DNA of 64,000 nt from Spirochaetia bacterium (lineage in GTDB: Bacteria; Spirochaetota; Spirochaetia; CAKZLE01), in assembly GCA_963677595.1 (NCBI GenBank), contig OY782041.1, positions 896,001 through 960,000 of the forward strand, in the 5' to 3' direction. The translations under genes and the position numbers were made by a program. Of the stretch, positions 28,498 to 38,302 are shown in pieces (within the stretch, counting starts at the first letter, position 1; each line of letters begins with the position of its first letter). The notes under the pieces are model-generated. The model was not told the origin of the DNA and made no database searches. It saw nothing but the letters and a program-made list of their open reading frames with translations.

Positions 28498-29637
28498 CTA
28501 TGCCAGGGGCTCCCCGGTCGGGTCGTAATGGGCTGCGAAGTCTATATCCTTCGCCCTGACATCATGACGCGGGGTCCCGACCTCCACCCCGAGCTTCAGT
28601 CCCATGAAATAGCCATACAGCCAGAAGGGGATGACGTACAGGAGGGGGGTCACATACTCATCAAGCCCTCCCGGCATCCGGATGATGTGTGAGGCGAGTT
28701 TCCCCAAGGGTTCACTCACCACATCGGTCAGGACGATGGTCGGGGTCTTTGCCTTCGCCGTACCGGAGAGGATGTCGAGGACCTTGGATGACGAGGTACC
28801 ATTCGGGGCTATGATGAACATTGGGGTCTTCTCGTCGACCTCCCTGAACCGTCCGTGTGCGAACTCCTCGGTCTCCTCGCCCTCACCAAGGATCCAGGCG
28901 AACTCGGTGATCTTCAGGGCTCCCTCTTCCATGATCCCCCGGTTCGGTCCTGTCCCGAGGACGAAGACATTCTGTGCCCCGATCTCATGCATGACGGCTG
29001 CCTTCTCCTCGATCTCCTCGGAGATCCCGGGCAGGGCTCCCAGAGCCCCGTACAGCAGTTCCAGCTGTCCCATCCAATATGCTTTGTCTTTCTTGTTATC
29101 GGGGTCAGTGACGTTCCCGATCTCTACTGCCAACAGGTACAATGCCAGAAGCAGCTGGCTGAACGAGGTCGTCCTCGCCCGTCCGACACTCTCGTTCCGG
29201 GAGTCGGTCTCTACTGCATAATGGGCAGCCATATGGCAGGGAAGGTCCCCTTCTCCGGAGATCGAGATGGTCAATGCCCCATGCTCACGGGCGAACTTCA
29301 GGGACTCCTCGACACTCTTCGTCGTCCCGAAGGCGGTGACACCGATGACCAGCTCCCGTTCCCCCTTCAGGATCTTTGGGTCCACGTAGTTGCGGAAGCA
29401 GAATGCCGGTATCGCCTTCGCGGAGATCTTCGCGATATGCTCGAACCAGGCCTCCCCGACATAGGCATCTGCAAGCGACGAGCCATGGCCGACGAGATAG
29501 ACGTGGTCTATCATGCCGAGGTTCACTTCCCTGATGATATCGGAGATCCCCCTTGCAGAGATCCTGCCCGACTTCTCCCAGGTCTCACGATCACTGAGTG
29601 ACATGATCCTCTGGTACAACTTCTCATTCCCATTCAT
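28498..29637 (-). CDS. Double-SIS sugar-phosphate isomerase/deaminase (GlmS C-terminal-like)
   Basis: GHGSS, EGALKITE, EEFAHG motifs. Confidence 0.8.
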   Translation of the reverse strand: MNGNEKLYQRIMSLSDRETWEKSGRISARGISDIIREVNLGMIDHVYLVGHGSSLADAYVGEAWFEHIAKISAKAIPAFCFRNYVDPKILKGERELVIGVTAFGTTKSVEESLKFAREHGALTISISGEGDLPCHMAAHYAVETDSRNESVGRARTTSFSQLLLALYLLAVEIGNVTDPDNKKDKAYWMGQLELLYGALGALPGISEEIEEKAAVMHEIGAQNVFVLGTGPNRGIMEEGALKITEFAWILGEGEETEEFAHGRFREVDEKTPMFIIAPNGTSSSKVLDILSGTAKAKTPTIVLTDVVSEPLGKLASHIIRMPGGLDEYVTPLLYVIPFWLYGYFMGLKLGVEVGTPRHDVRAKDIDFAAHYDPTGEPLA

Positions 29638-30626
29638 ACTTCAAGCTCCTGATTGTATAGTGTTTCCCAACCGAGGCAGGCAGCCCCCAGGACCCCGACG
29701 AATCTGGATCCAAGGGCTGACACACGCAGCTCTTTGGGTTTCTTCTTGGTATTCTTCCTCACATATCGGCGGACGACAGCCTCGACCTTCGGCAGCAGCC
29801 ACCCGTCGCTGACGACTCCTCCCCCGAGGATGACCGCACCCGGGTCGAGGAGGTTGATGAGGTTCACGATCCCTACAGCCAACCCTTCTACAGCCTTGTT
29901 CACGACCAGGCGTGCAAGTTCATCACCGTCATCATAGGACATGAAGACGATGGGCATGCCGATCTTACCATCCCGTATATGCTTCCCCAGCGATGACTGG
30001 GGAAACTCAGAGATGCGCTTCAGGACCTGTGTCGAGATACCGTTCCCGGATGCTATCGGCTCCAGGCAACCGTAGAACCCGCAGGTACACCGCTCCCCGT
30101 TGGAGTCGACGAGGGTATGCCCGAACTCCCCGGAATAGTTCGACTCTCCCCGGACCAGTCTCCTGTCGCTGATGATGCCGACAGCGATTCCCGTACCGAT
30201 ATTCATATAGACGAAATCATCATAGGACTTGCCGACACCGAAATAGAGTTCGGCCAGTGCAGCACAGTGGATGTCGTTATCAATGGCCGCAGGGATCTTG
30301 AACTGCTCTTCAATGATTGCCTTCAGGGGTACCGAGGAGAGGGTCGGTATCATGGTATCACTCAGCCACATACCCTTCCGGTTGTCGATATGGCCCCTGA
30401 TCCCGACTCCGATCATGACGGGAGGATGCTCACAGTACGCATCAAGGAAGTGGGCTATACTGCTCATGATCGTATCCACTGCCGCCTCCGGGCTGGATTG
30501 GTCAGATACATAGAAATCAGTATGGAGCCGGTCTCCCCCCCGTGTGACACTGCTGATGCATATCTTCGTCCCCCCGACATCTACGCCAAGTACAAATTCT
30601 GTCTGTTCAGGATGTTTAGCAATCAC
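29634..30626 (-). CDS. ROK family sugar kinase
   Basis: GVDVGGTK, NDIHCAALAE, GTGI, GEFGH, CTCGFYGCLE. Confidence 0.9.
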   Translation of the reverse strand: MIAKHPEQTEFVLGVDVGGTKICISSVTRGGDRLHTDFYVSDQSSPEAAVDTIMSSIAHFLDAYCEHPPVMIGVGIRGHIDNRKGMWLSDTMIPTLSSVPLKAIIEEQFKIPAAIDNDIHCAALAELYFGVGKSYDDFVYMNIGTGIAVGIISDRRLVRGESNYSGEFGHTLVDSNGERCTCGFYGCLEPIASGNGISTQVLKRISEFPQSSLGKHIRDGKIGMPIVFMSYDDGDELARLVVNKAVEGLAVGIVNLINLLDPGAVILGGGVVSDGWLLPKVEAVVRRYVRKNTKKKPKELRVSALGSRFVGVLGAACLGWETLYNQELEV

Positions 30627-30660
30627 CAGTACGCTCCATATCTTTACAAAGGTTACTTAG

Positions 30661-30724
30661 TAGTAGCATGCAGCAGGAACTGCCCGCAAACACTATTTTT
30701 ACCAATAGTTTTGTTATTTTTACG
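30661..30724 (-). promoter_or_regulatory. Conserved promoter/operator block, copy 1
   Basis: Near-identical to 37141-37203; AAAATA half-sites at 21-bp period. Confidence 0.6.
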
Positions 30725-30891
30725 TAGGGACTCTCAGGAACCTGCTACCATGGATCATATAAAAAGAGGACCCTTCCCGTACGCGGTATCGTGCAAGCTC
30801 ACACTACCCGGGAAGGGCCCAACATCCTGAAGTTGTATCATGAACCCTGAGCTTAGGGATGGTACGCTATGGGGTAGGAGAACGTTCGAAC

Positions 30892-32634
30892 CTATTCCTG
30901 CTTCAAGGCCATCGCCAACAAGAACCAGCTCGCATGGGGGATCCACTGCTCACCCCAGCGCCAATTGTCATCGACCCGTTCGTCAGGCTCAGAGACGAAC
31001 TCTATGCCATGCTCATCCTCGATGCCGCTGGTGATGCCGTTGACGATCCCTCCGGGGCAGTTGAGGAAGTCATACCGTCCCTTGAAGAAGTACTGGATGT
31101 TGTTCCTGCCGTAGCCCTCGATCATGGAACTGTCATAGGGGTTGAGCCCCATGATCCAGTCGAGGGGGTCCTGGGCCATCTTCTTACAGTCGGCAGAGAG
31201 CCTCTCATCATCCGTGACGGAAGCCACCAGCATCGCAGCTGAAGCCAGGGATGACAGCCGTGCGTTATCACCCTGCCACCAGGGTGCCGCGGCACTGGTA
31301 TGGGGGAAGAAGAACCGCCCGACGAGCTTCCCCTCCTCCAGGCACTCCAGTCTGGGATAGCCGAAGGGGTTCGTCACCGACTTGGTGAGGTGGATCTTCC
31401 ACCGCATCAGCTCTTCAGCAGTCCTGATCACCGTCTGGCGCCTCCTCTCGTCAGTCTCCAGCTCGACATAGCCGAGCAGGGCGACGATCGGCAGCCCCTC
31501 ATCCGAGGCATGGTAGAAGGGGATCCCGTCTGCAACCTCGAGCCTTCGCATACCGTCTGCCACTTCGACTGAGCGCCCAATGATCCGGCGAGCCATGGTC
31601 CTCGCTGAGACGAGGTACTCATACTCCTTCGTCGTCTTATAGAGCTCACTGGCCGCGGTCAGGGCACAGTATTCGTCGACCAGGTTCCACTCACCATCAT
31701 TGGTGTAGCGTTCATTATGGGCAAGCAGGTGATGCCATGCCTGTTTAGCGCACTGGAGGTACTCCTCCTGGGAGTAGTCGCTTGAGGGGAGCCAGTTTCT
31801 ACCGGCAGCTGCCAGGGCGGCTATCGCCATGCCTCCGCCGCTTCTGAGACTGGCCTCGTACCGCTCATCGGTAATGACCTCCTCATCGGCCTCTGCAGTC
31901 TTCGCCCATACCTTGTTGCTGCTCTTCCGGTACTCGAAGTCGATCATCCGCGAGCCCTGCACGGGTCCCAACGGGTTGATGCGCTTGATCGAGAGGAGGA
32001 ACGAACCGTTCGGCACATGCATGCGCATCAGGAAGTCCGCTCCCCAATACCCTTCATCCAGCAGCCGCCTGGAGAGCATCGTATAATACTCATTCCCGCT
32101 TCCACACACACGCTCATGCGCTTTGAAGAAGAGATAGGCCGACAAAGGATGCTGCTGCGGGTTGCAATAGCTGCTGTGGGAGAGGTGGGAGAGATGGATG
32201 CCTACATCACCCGAGGCGTCATACCACCCCCCATGCACGTCCAAGCAGCCCTCCCGGGGCCCGTTGAACCGGAGGGTGCGATCCTCATGCAGCCACTCCC
32301 CACTGGATCGCTGGGCCTTGAAGTAGTAGCTCACGGCATTGATCATCCTCATGGTGATGAGGAATCTCCTGACCTCGAAGTCAGGAGAGACGTCATTCCC
32401 GACCTTGATCCGGTAGGTCCCCTCGTCAGTGATCTCACAGAAGGTCCCGGTATAGTAGGTTCCCATCTCCCAGCGGTCAACGGGCCCTGCATAGGCCAGG
32501 GGGGCGGTGAACACTTCAGTCCCGAACTCGTCAAGGACGGTGAAGGTCTCAGGTACTTCTCCCTCTCTGCACTGCACGACGACCTTCTTCTCCCCTGCTG
32601 CAGAATACCCGATATGGTTGGTCAGTATCTTCAT
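30892..32634 (-). CDS. GH9 family glycoside hydrolase (exo-beta-glucosaminidase-like), cytoplasmic
   Basis: KILTNHIGY, GGWYDASGD, HLSH, WWQGDNARL, GLNPYD, WRWGEQWIPH; no signal peptide. Confidence 0.85.
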   Translation of the reverse strand: MKILTNHIGYSAAGEKKVVVQCREGEVPETFTVLDEFGTEVFTAPLAYAGPVDRWEMGTYYTGTFCEITDEGTYRIKVGNDVSPDFEVRRFLITMRMINAVSYYFKAQRSSGEWLHEDRTLRFNGPREGCLDVHGGWYDASGDVGIHLSHLSHSSYCNPQQHPLSAYLFFKAHERVCGSGNEYYTMLSRRLLDEGYWGADFLMRMHVPNGSFLLSIKRINPLGPVQGSRMIDFEYRKSSNKVWAKTAEADEEVITDERYEASLRSGGGMAIAALAAAGRNWLPSSDYSQEEYLQCAKQAWHHLLAHNERYTNDGEWNLVDEYCALTAASELYKTTKEYEYLVSARTMARRIIGRSVEVADGMRRLEVADGIPFYHASDEGLPIVALLGYVELETDERRRQTVIRTAEELMRWKIHLTKSVTNPFGYPRLECLEEGKLVGRFFFPHTSAAAPWWQGDNARLSSLASAAMLVASVTDDERLSADCKKMAQDPLDWIMGLNPYDSSMIEGYGRNNIQYFFKGRYDFLNCPGGIVNGITSGIEDEHGIEFVSEPDERVDDNWRWGEQWIPHASWFLLAMALKQE

Positions 32635-32657
32635 AGTCACTTCCTTATTAGATGGTA

Positions 32658-33530
32658 TCAGCCCTTCACGGCACCGGCAGTCAAACCGGAGACGACCTGC
32701 TCCTGGGCAAGGATGTAGAGGATGAGCGGCGGTGCCAGCGTGACCACGATGGCTGCCATCATCGCCCCGTAATCGGTCCCGAACATATTGCTCACCATCG
32801 ACAGGATCACGCAGACCGGTTTCTTCGCCTGGTCAGAGATATAGACCAGCGAGGTGAACAGGTCGTTATAGCTCCAGATGAAGACCATGATGGCGATGGT
32901 CGCCATCATCGACTTGCACAGCGGCAGCGCTATATGCAGGAAGATCCTGGGGATACTCGCCCCGTCGATCACGGCAGCCTCGTCCAGTTCCAGCGGCAGG
33001 GCCCGCATGAAGCCGGTCATCATGATGATGGAGAAGCAGAGGTTGCCGGCAGTCTGCGGTATGATCGCAGCCAGGTAGTCACCCCTGACGAAGGGGATGT
33101 AGCTGAGCGTGACGAAGTTGGGGATCACGGTCGCGAAACTGGGGACGAGCAGTCCCGCAGTCAGGATCGACATGATGTACCTGCTAGCCTTCATCCTGAA
33201 CCGCCCCAGGGCGAAGGATGCCATAGAGGCGAAGATGATCACGAAGAGGACGACTGACCCGGAGATGATGAAGCTGTTCTTCAGGGACCGCACCAGGTTG
33301 ACGTCGGGATACTTCGTGATAGTCGAGAAGTTGGTGAAGTCGAGTCCTGTTGGTATAGAGAGGCTGCTCCGCAGTATCTCCATCGAGGGCTTGAACGAGT
33401 TGATCACGACCCAGAAGAGCGGGATGATGGTCGTCAGGGCCCAGAGGATCAGGACGGTATAGGTGACTGCCTTGAGCAATCGGGAGCGCAGTTTCTGCGC
33501 CTGTGGTGTGCTAGCCGATTCGAGTCCCAT
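32658..33530 (-). CDS. Carbohydrate ABC transporter permease
   Basis: ELDEAAVIDGAS EAA loop, GLTAGAVKG end. Confidence 0.92.
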   Translation of the reverse strand: MGLESASTPQAQKLRSRLLKAVTYTVLILWALTTIIPLFWVVINSFKPSMEILRSSLSIPTGLDFTNFSTITKYPDVNLVRSLKNSFIISGSVVLFVIIFASMASFALGRFRMKASRYIMSILTAGLLVPSFATVIPNFVTLSYIPFVRGDYLAAIIPQTAGNLCFSIIMMTGFMRALPLELDEAAVIDGASIPRIFLHIALPLCKSMMATIAIMVFIWSYNDLFTSLVYISDQAKKPVCVILSMVSNMFGTDYGAMMAAIVVTLAPPLILYILAQEQVVSGLTAGAVKG

Positions 33531-34396
33531 CAGTACTGCTCCTTTGGTTCCAGTATCTTCCGCATGATCACGGTCACGCCCACCCCGATGATGATCATCA
33601 GGATCGATATAGCGCTCGCATAGCCGCCATTGCATCGCATGAATGCGGTCGTGTACATATAGGTGCTCAACAGTTCACTCGAGTTCAGCGGCCCGCCATT
33701 GGTGATGATGAAGACGAGGTCGAACACCTTGAAACATCCCGAGATCACGAGGATCACCACTGATATGATGATATCGCGAAGCATCGGTATCGTGATGTAG
33801 AAAGCCTTCTTGAACGGCGTGATGCCGTCGATCTCGGCAGACTCATAGATCTCCCGCGATATCTTGGACATCCCCGTCAGGTAGATGACGAAATAGAACC
33901 CCACATACTGCCACATGATGGGTATGGTCACCAGGAAGATCGAGCTCTTCGTGTTGAGCCATACCTGCTTCTCCTTGCCGAAGAGCTCGATGACCAGGTT
34001 CAGCAGTCCGTACTCGTATCCGTAGATGAGCTTGAACATCAGCCCTATGGCTGTCGCCGAGATCAGGATCGGGAAGAAGTAGACGGTCCTGAAGAACTTG
34101 AACATCCGCTTCGTCCCCGATACCAGGATCGCCAGGACCAGGGAGACCCCGACCTGGAAGAGGAATACCCCACCCATCATGATGAAGGTGTTCCTGATCG
34201 ATTTCATGACCACCACATCTTTCAGGAGGCGGGCATAGTTGTCAAAGCCGGCCCAGGTCTGCCTGGGGGAGAAGTTCTTCCAGGCAGTGAAACTGTAGTA
34301 GACTGTCTTGAACATGGGGTATGCAAGGAATACCAGGATCAGCAGGGCTGCCGGTGCCAGGTACGTCATGTAATACCGTTTGCTTCGTAGAATCAT
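33530..34396 (-). CDS. Carbohydrate ABC transporter permease
   Basis: IYESAEIDG EAA loop, TNGGP. Confidence 0.92.
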   Translation of the reverse strand: MILRSKRYYMTYLAPAALLILVFLAYPMFKTVYYSFTAWKNFSPRQTWAGFDNYARLLKDVVVMKSIRNTFIMMGGVFLFQVGVSLVLAILVSGTKRMFKFFRTVYFFPILISATAIGLMFKLIYGYEYGLLNLVIELFGKEKQVWLNTKSSIFLVTIPIMWQYVGFYFVIYLTGMSKISREIYESAEIDGITPFKKAFYITIPMLRDIIISVVILVISGCFKVFDLVFIITNGGPLNSSELLSTYMYTTAFMRCNGGYASAISILMIIIGVGVTVIMRKILEPKEQY

Positions 34397-34419
34397 ATAC
34401 TCATTCCTTCATGATCGAC

Positions 34420-34449
34420 CCGTACCAGGGGTTGAAACCCCTGGTACGG
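34420..34449 (-). terminator. Intergenic stem-loop after the SBP gene (terminator or mRNA stabiliser)
   Basis: CCGTACCAGGGG-ttgaaa-CCCCTGGTACGG, 12-bp stem. Confidence 0.65.
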
Positions 34450-34460
34450 TATCAAGGACC

Positions 34461-35711
34461 TTAGTCGTTCAGGGACCTTGCTGCTTCCAGTACTTCCTCA
34501 GGGGTGCTCATACCTTCGCAGATATACTGCACTCCCGGTTTCGTGAGGGTCAGCCACGCTTCACGTGAGACCTGGCTGTCCACGGCAGGTGCTGAGAAGG
34601 TCGCGGTATTAAGCATCTTCACGGCACTCTCCTCAAGGCTCGTTGCACCTTCAGGCACATTGCAGGTCACTGCAGGACTCCCGCCGATGGCGATGAACCT
34701 GGTCATGACCTCGGGGCTCGTCATGTACTTGAGGAACTCGAGGGTAGCATCATCACGTTCTGCCGCCTTCTTGCTCATATACCAGCCGCTCCCGAATCCC
34801 GAGAGCACGGTATTGGCCCCGCCGACTCCGCCGGGGAGTGTCGGCATGGCGATGATCCGCATGTTCTCATTCCCCTTGAGCCGTGATACCAGCCAGGAGC
34901 CGTTGATCATCATGGCTGCCTTCTCATCAGCGAACAGAAGCCTGATGTCATCCTCTGACATGGTCATGGCATCCGGCGGAAAGGCGCCTGCCTCATAGAG
35001 CTGCTTGACTGCATCCAGTGCCGGTGCCCAGGAGTCTCCGAAGTAGTCCTTCTGGCCCTCCGTGCCGACCTGGGAGAGGATAAAGAGTTCGATCAGGTAG
35101 TTCGGCTTTGCCAGGGTCGTGGAGAAGGTCGCGATCCCGTTCTTGTTGAAGGTATCGACACTTGCCAGAATGTTCTCCCAACTCGTCGGCTCTGCAAGCC
35201 CGAATTCGTCGAACAGGCCCTTGTTGTAGTAGAGTCCCTCGAAATACCCGATGAAGGGGATACAGTACTGCTGGCCGTACTTGTTCCCGGCTGCCATGGC
35301 ACTTGGCTTCAGGTTCCCTGCCCAGTCTGCATCTGCTTCCATCAGGGAGGTGAAGTCAACGAAGAGTTCCGAGTCGACCATCGTCTCTCCCTCTGCCCCG
35401 TTGTAATAGAGCATCAGGTCCGGCGGTGTCTTCGCAGCTACCTCTGAATGGATCTTGGTCCTCAGCAGGTCATTCGCCCCTGCTGTCGGCTGGCTCTCAT
35501 CCACGATGGTCACATCGGGATGCTCTTCCATATACTCATTGATCACCTCTTTCCAGACAGGCGCCCACTGGTCTGAACCTGCAAAGAACGTGACGACACG
35601 GATCTCTTTCGCTGACCCTTCCTCGCTGGCTGCAGTCTCCTGCCCGCCGTTCGCGAATGCCATACTTATCACCATCGTGATAAGCAACATACACACTACT
35701 ACTTTCTTCAT
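34461..35711 (-). CDS. Sugar ABC transporter substrate-binding protein
   Basis: Signal peptide MKKVV...AFANGGQE, YYNKGLF, PTSWE, INGSW. Confidence 0.9.
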   Translation of the reverse strand: MKKVVVCMLLITMVISMAFANGGQETAASEEGSAKEIRVVTFFAGSDQWAPVWKEVINEYMEEHPDVTIVDESQPTAGANDLLRTKIHSEVAAKTPPDLMLYYNGAEGETMVDSELFVDFTSLMEADADWAGNLKPSAMAAGNKYGQQYCIPFIGYFEGLYYNKGLFDEFGLAEPTSWENILASVDTFNKNGIATFSTTLAKPNYLIELFILSQVGTEGQKDYFGDSWAPALDAVKQLYEAGAFPPDAMTMSEDDIRLLFADEKAAMMINGSWLVSRLKGNENMRIIAMPTLPGGVGGANTVLSGFGSGWYMSKKAAERDDATLEFLKYMTSPEVMTRFIAIGGSPAVTCNVPEGATSLEESAVKMLNTATFSAPAVDSQVSREAWLTLTKPGVQYICEGMSTPEEVLEAARSLND

Positions 35712-35749
35712 GAAAACCTCCATATATGTTAGCCTTACTCCGTAAGGTC

Positions 35750-36994
35750 TTAGCCAAAACAGGGATCTGCCGGCCCCAACAGCTCCTTCTGGGACCTGCT
35801 CCAGACTGCGAAGCCGCAGGTGGCGGCAACGAGCAGGAGCGCACTGAACAGGATGATCCTGTTTACCCCGTAGTGTTCACCGGCTACCCCCCCGATGAAC
35901 CCGAAGAGGACCTTCGATCCCACGATCCCGAAGATCATGTTCAGCGACTGTCCTGTCGCCCGCAACCCTTCCGGTACACTCTTGCCGATATAGGTGATGA
36001 TGCAGTAACTGAAACTGGTATAGCCCAGGCCGTGCAGCAGGTTTGGCAGGATGGCCAGGGATGGGTCCTTGATCAGGTAGAGCAGGAGCCAACGGACAGT
36101 CGTGGTGCATCCCGCGACCAGCAGTATCCAGCGAATACCAAAGTGATCGACCAGGCGGCGGATCACCAGCAGCATCGGTATCTCGGAGAGGGCGCAGCAG
36201 AACATCATGAGTCCCACCTTCGCGCTATCCCCTCCGATGGTTGTGAAGTATATCGGGTAGAACAGGTAGAACATGTTCAGTCCGATCGAGAAGACCAGGT
36301 TGTAGAGGACCATCACGATCAGCTGCCTGTTCCCGAACAGTTCCCGGAACTGCTTCGCTCCCATAGCCTTCCCGGCTGATCCTTCGATCCTCGGGAGCAG
36401 CATACTGATGAGGAAGCCCAGTCCCAAGAACCCTGAGACCAGGGCGAAGATCCGGTAGTAGGAATCAGCGATGAGCCATCCTATGCACAGGACCGTCAGG
36501 CAATACCCGACCGTCCCGCCGAGACGGATCTCCCCGTAGCTCCTCCTGCCGTCCCCAAGCAGTTCGAGGCTGCAGGTGTCAAGGAGGGGAATCACCGGGT
36601 TGAAGAATACCGCGAAGACGACGAACAGGAGGAACAAGGCGATATAGGTATGGACCAGGTAGAAACCTGCTGCCGTCAAGGCTGATGCAAGCAGCAGGAG
36701 ACTTACCACCCTGTTCCTGTTCCGGGCCCTGTCCGTGATGAGTCCCCAATACAGCTGGGCGATGATCATGAACAGGGTCGAGACTGAGACCATAAGGCCG
36801 ATCCGCGACTGAGAGATCCCAACGGAATGGAGGAAGAGATTCACATAGGTGTTGTAGATAGACTGTCCTGCATAGAACAGGACATATACTGAGAAAAGGT
36901 GAAACGGGAACCCGTCAGGGATCGTATTATGCTTTTCTGCAGATGCTATGTTCAAGCTCAATTTGTCGTACTCCGGAATCCAGGAAAGACCCAT
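35750..36994 (-). CDS. MFS transporter (MFS_1_like/LacY-related); start uncertain
   Basis: About 12 hydrophobic segments, WGLITDR, YGEIRLGGTVG, SEIPM, LLHGL. Confidence 0.85.
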   Translation of the reverse strand: MGLSWIPEYDKLSLNIASAEKHNTIPDGFPFHLFSVYVLFYAGQSIYNTYVNLFLHSVGISQSRIGLMVSVSTLFMIIAQLYWGLITDRARNRNRVVSLLLLASALTAAGFYLVHTYIALFLLFVVFAVFFNPVIPLLDTCSLELLGDGRRSYGEIRLGGTVGYCLTVLCIGWLIADSYYRIFALVSGFLGLGFLISMLLPRIEGSAGKAMGAKQFRELFGNRQLIVMVLYNLVFSIGLNMFYLFYPIYFTTIGGDSAKVGLMMFCCALSEIPMLLVIRRLVDHFGIRWILLVAGCTTTVRWLLLYLIKDPSLAILPNLLHGLGYTSFSYCIITYIGKSVPEGLRATGQSLNMIFGIVGSKVLFGFIGGVAGEHYGVNRIILFSALLLVAATCGFAVWSRSQKELLGPADPCFG

Positions 36995-37140
36995 GCATGG
37001 TTTCGATCATCGGGCTAGAGTATGCAACTCCTCACGTACTCTTACAACTTGGGTTCTCAGGGGTGAACCCCATCCACCCTAGAGTCTTGCCAACAACCAA
37101 CCGCAACTGGGACTTCCCGAAATTCAGTTAGGATACCTAT

Positions 37141-37203
37141 TAGTACCATGCAGGAAATGAGCCCACAAACACTATTTTGACCAATAGTTTTACTATTTTT
37201 ACT
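37141..37203 (-). promoter_or_regulatory. Conserved promoter/operator block, copy 2
   Basis: Matches 30661-30724; AAAATAGT direct repeat at 21-bp period. Confidence 0.6.
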
Positions 37204-37396
37204 TCGCCGCTCGAAGGGAGGCGCATACCCGGCCAAGCCCGTACTTAGGAGACGCCACTGAGACCGATTCACTGAATCTAAACCATACCCCGGGGAAAAA
37301 CCTGTTCAATTCTTGGACTTGCAGGTATGATGAATAATACTACCGTGCAATCCGTGATGCTCCATGCGCTGGATTGTGCATCAGAGGGAGAAGCGT

Positions 37397-37963
37397 ATGA
37401 TCATTTACCTGGTGGGGATGGCATGTGTCGGCAAGACGACCATCGGCCGCATGCTGGCAGAGAAGTTGGGTTTCACGTTCTTTGACATCAATGAGATGGT
37501 TGAAGAGTACTACGAGATGCCGATAGAGAGGCTCCAGGATGAATGTGTCTTCATGAATGAATTCAGGAATCGGGCCAGTGTCGTCCTGGACCTTGCATTA
37601 TCGAAGAACATCGACTCTGTTATCGCAGGGACCCCGGCCGGCCTGAAATTCGCGTACCTCAGCGTATATAAGAGACACAAGAAGAATAAAGACCTCTATT
37701 CCATACATGTGTTGGATACGTACGAGAACGTACTGAACAGGCTGACCTTCTTTGACAAGGATTCCAAACAGATCTTTGGCGTCCTCAATGACTCAAACCG
37801 GGATTGGTACCGGAAAGATATCAGGTTAGATTACAAGTACTTTGAATCGTCATACAAACGGGCCGATATCGAAATCAATATTGACGGGGTGAAACTCGAA
37901 GACACCCCGGACCTCTTCATTCGGGAGCTCAAGGCAAACGGGGTTGAGCTGCAAGTACCATGA
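37397..37963 (+). CDS. Shikimate-kinase-like P-loop kinase
   Basis: IYLVGMACVGKTTIGRMLAEKLGFTFFD. Confidence 0.75.
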   Translation: MIIYLVGMACVGKTTIGRMLAEKLGFTFFDINEMVEEYYEMPIERLQDECVFMNEFRNRASVVLDLALSKNIDSVIAGTPAGLKFAYLSVYKRHKKNKDLYSIHVLDTYENVLNRLTFFDKDSKQIFGVLNDSNRDWYRKDIRLDYKYFESSYKRADIEINIDGVKLEDTPDLFIRELKANGVELQVP

Positions 37964-38248
37964 GAACTGCAGCATAGGCTCATGAAGTGAATCGGTGATG
38001 CTTGGTTTTGAACGATCTGTGATGCATAGTCTTGCGTTTGGCTTATTTTTGGACTATAGTCTAATTATAGAGGACAAAAATAGGAGTCCATTCCAATAAT
38101 GAATGCTATCCGCACTACCTACCGAAGATTATTACAGGGTTATGATTACCCGAAGAAGCGGTATCTCTACCGGGACTTCTCCCTTGAGGAACGCCTTACC
38201 GGGATCATCGGAGCAGGGGGCACCGGGAAGACCACATTACTCATCCAA
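37749..38248 (+). repeat. 500-bp direct repeat, left copy (pairs with 58038-58537)
   Basis: Manual alignment at offset 20289 with about 9 mismatches. Confidence 0.95.
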
Positions 38249-38302
38249 CCTACAATAAACCAAAAAGTAGAGCCATTATCTTTCATCGAATTCTCCTCCT
38301 AA
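38099..38302 (+). pseudogene. 3'-truncated copy of the AAA ATPase at 58388
   Basis: First 50 aa identical to the 58388 ORF, then reads into island sequence. Confidence 0.9.

Noticed and set aside
37000-37140. Possible IS end or riboswitch in the MFS leader (GGGACTTCCCGAAATTCAGTT and short hairpins)
   Set aside because: No partner inverted repeat, transposase or recognisable aptamer consensus was found.
37749-38248. 500-bp repeats as attL/attR or a transposon target duplication
   Set aside because: They are far longer than normal TSDs, no integrase or tRNA is present, and the synonymous divergence fits allelic homology better.
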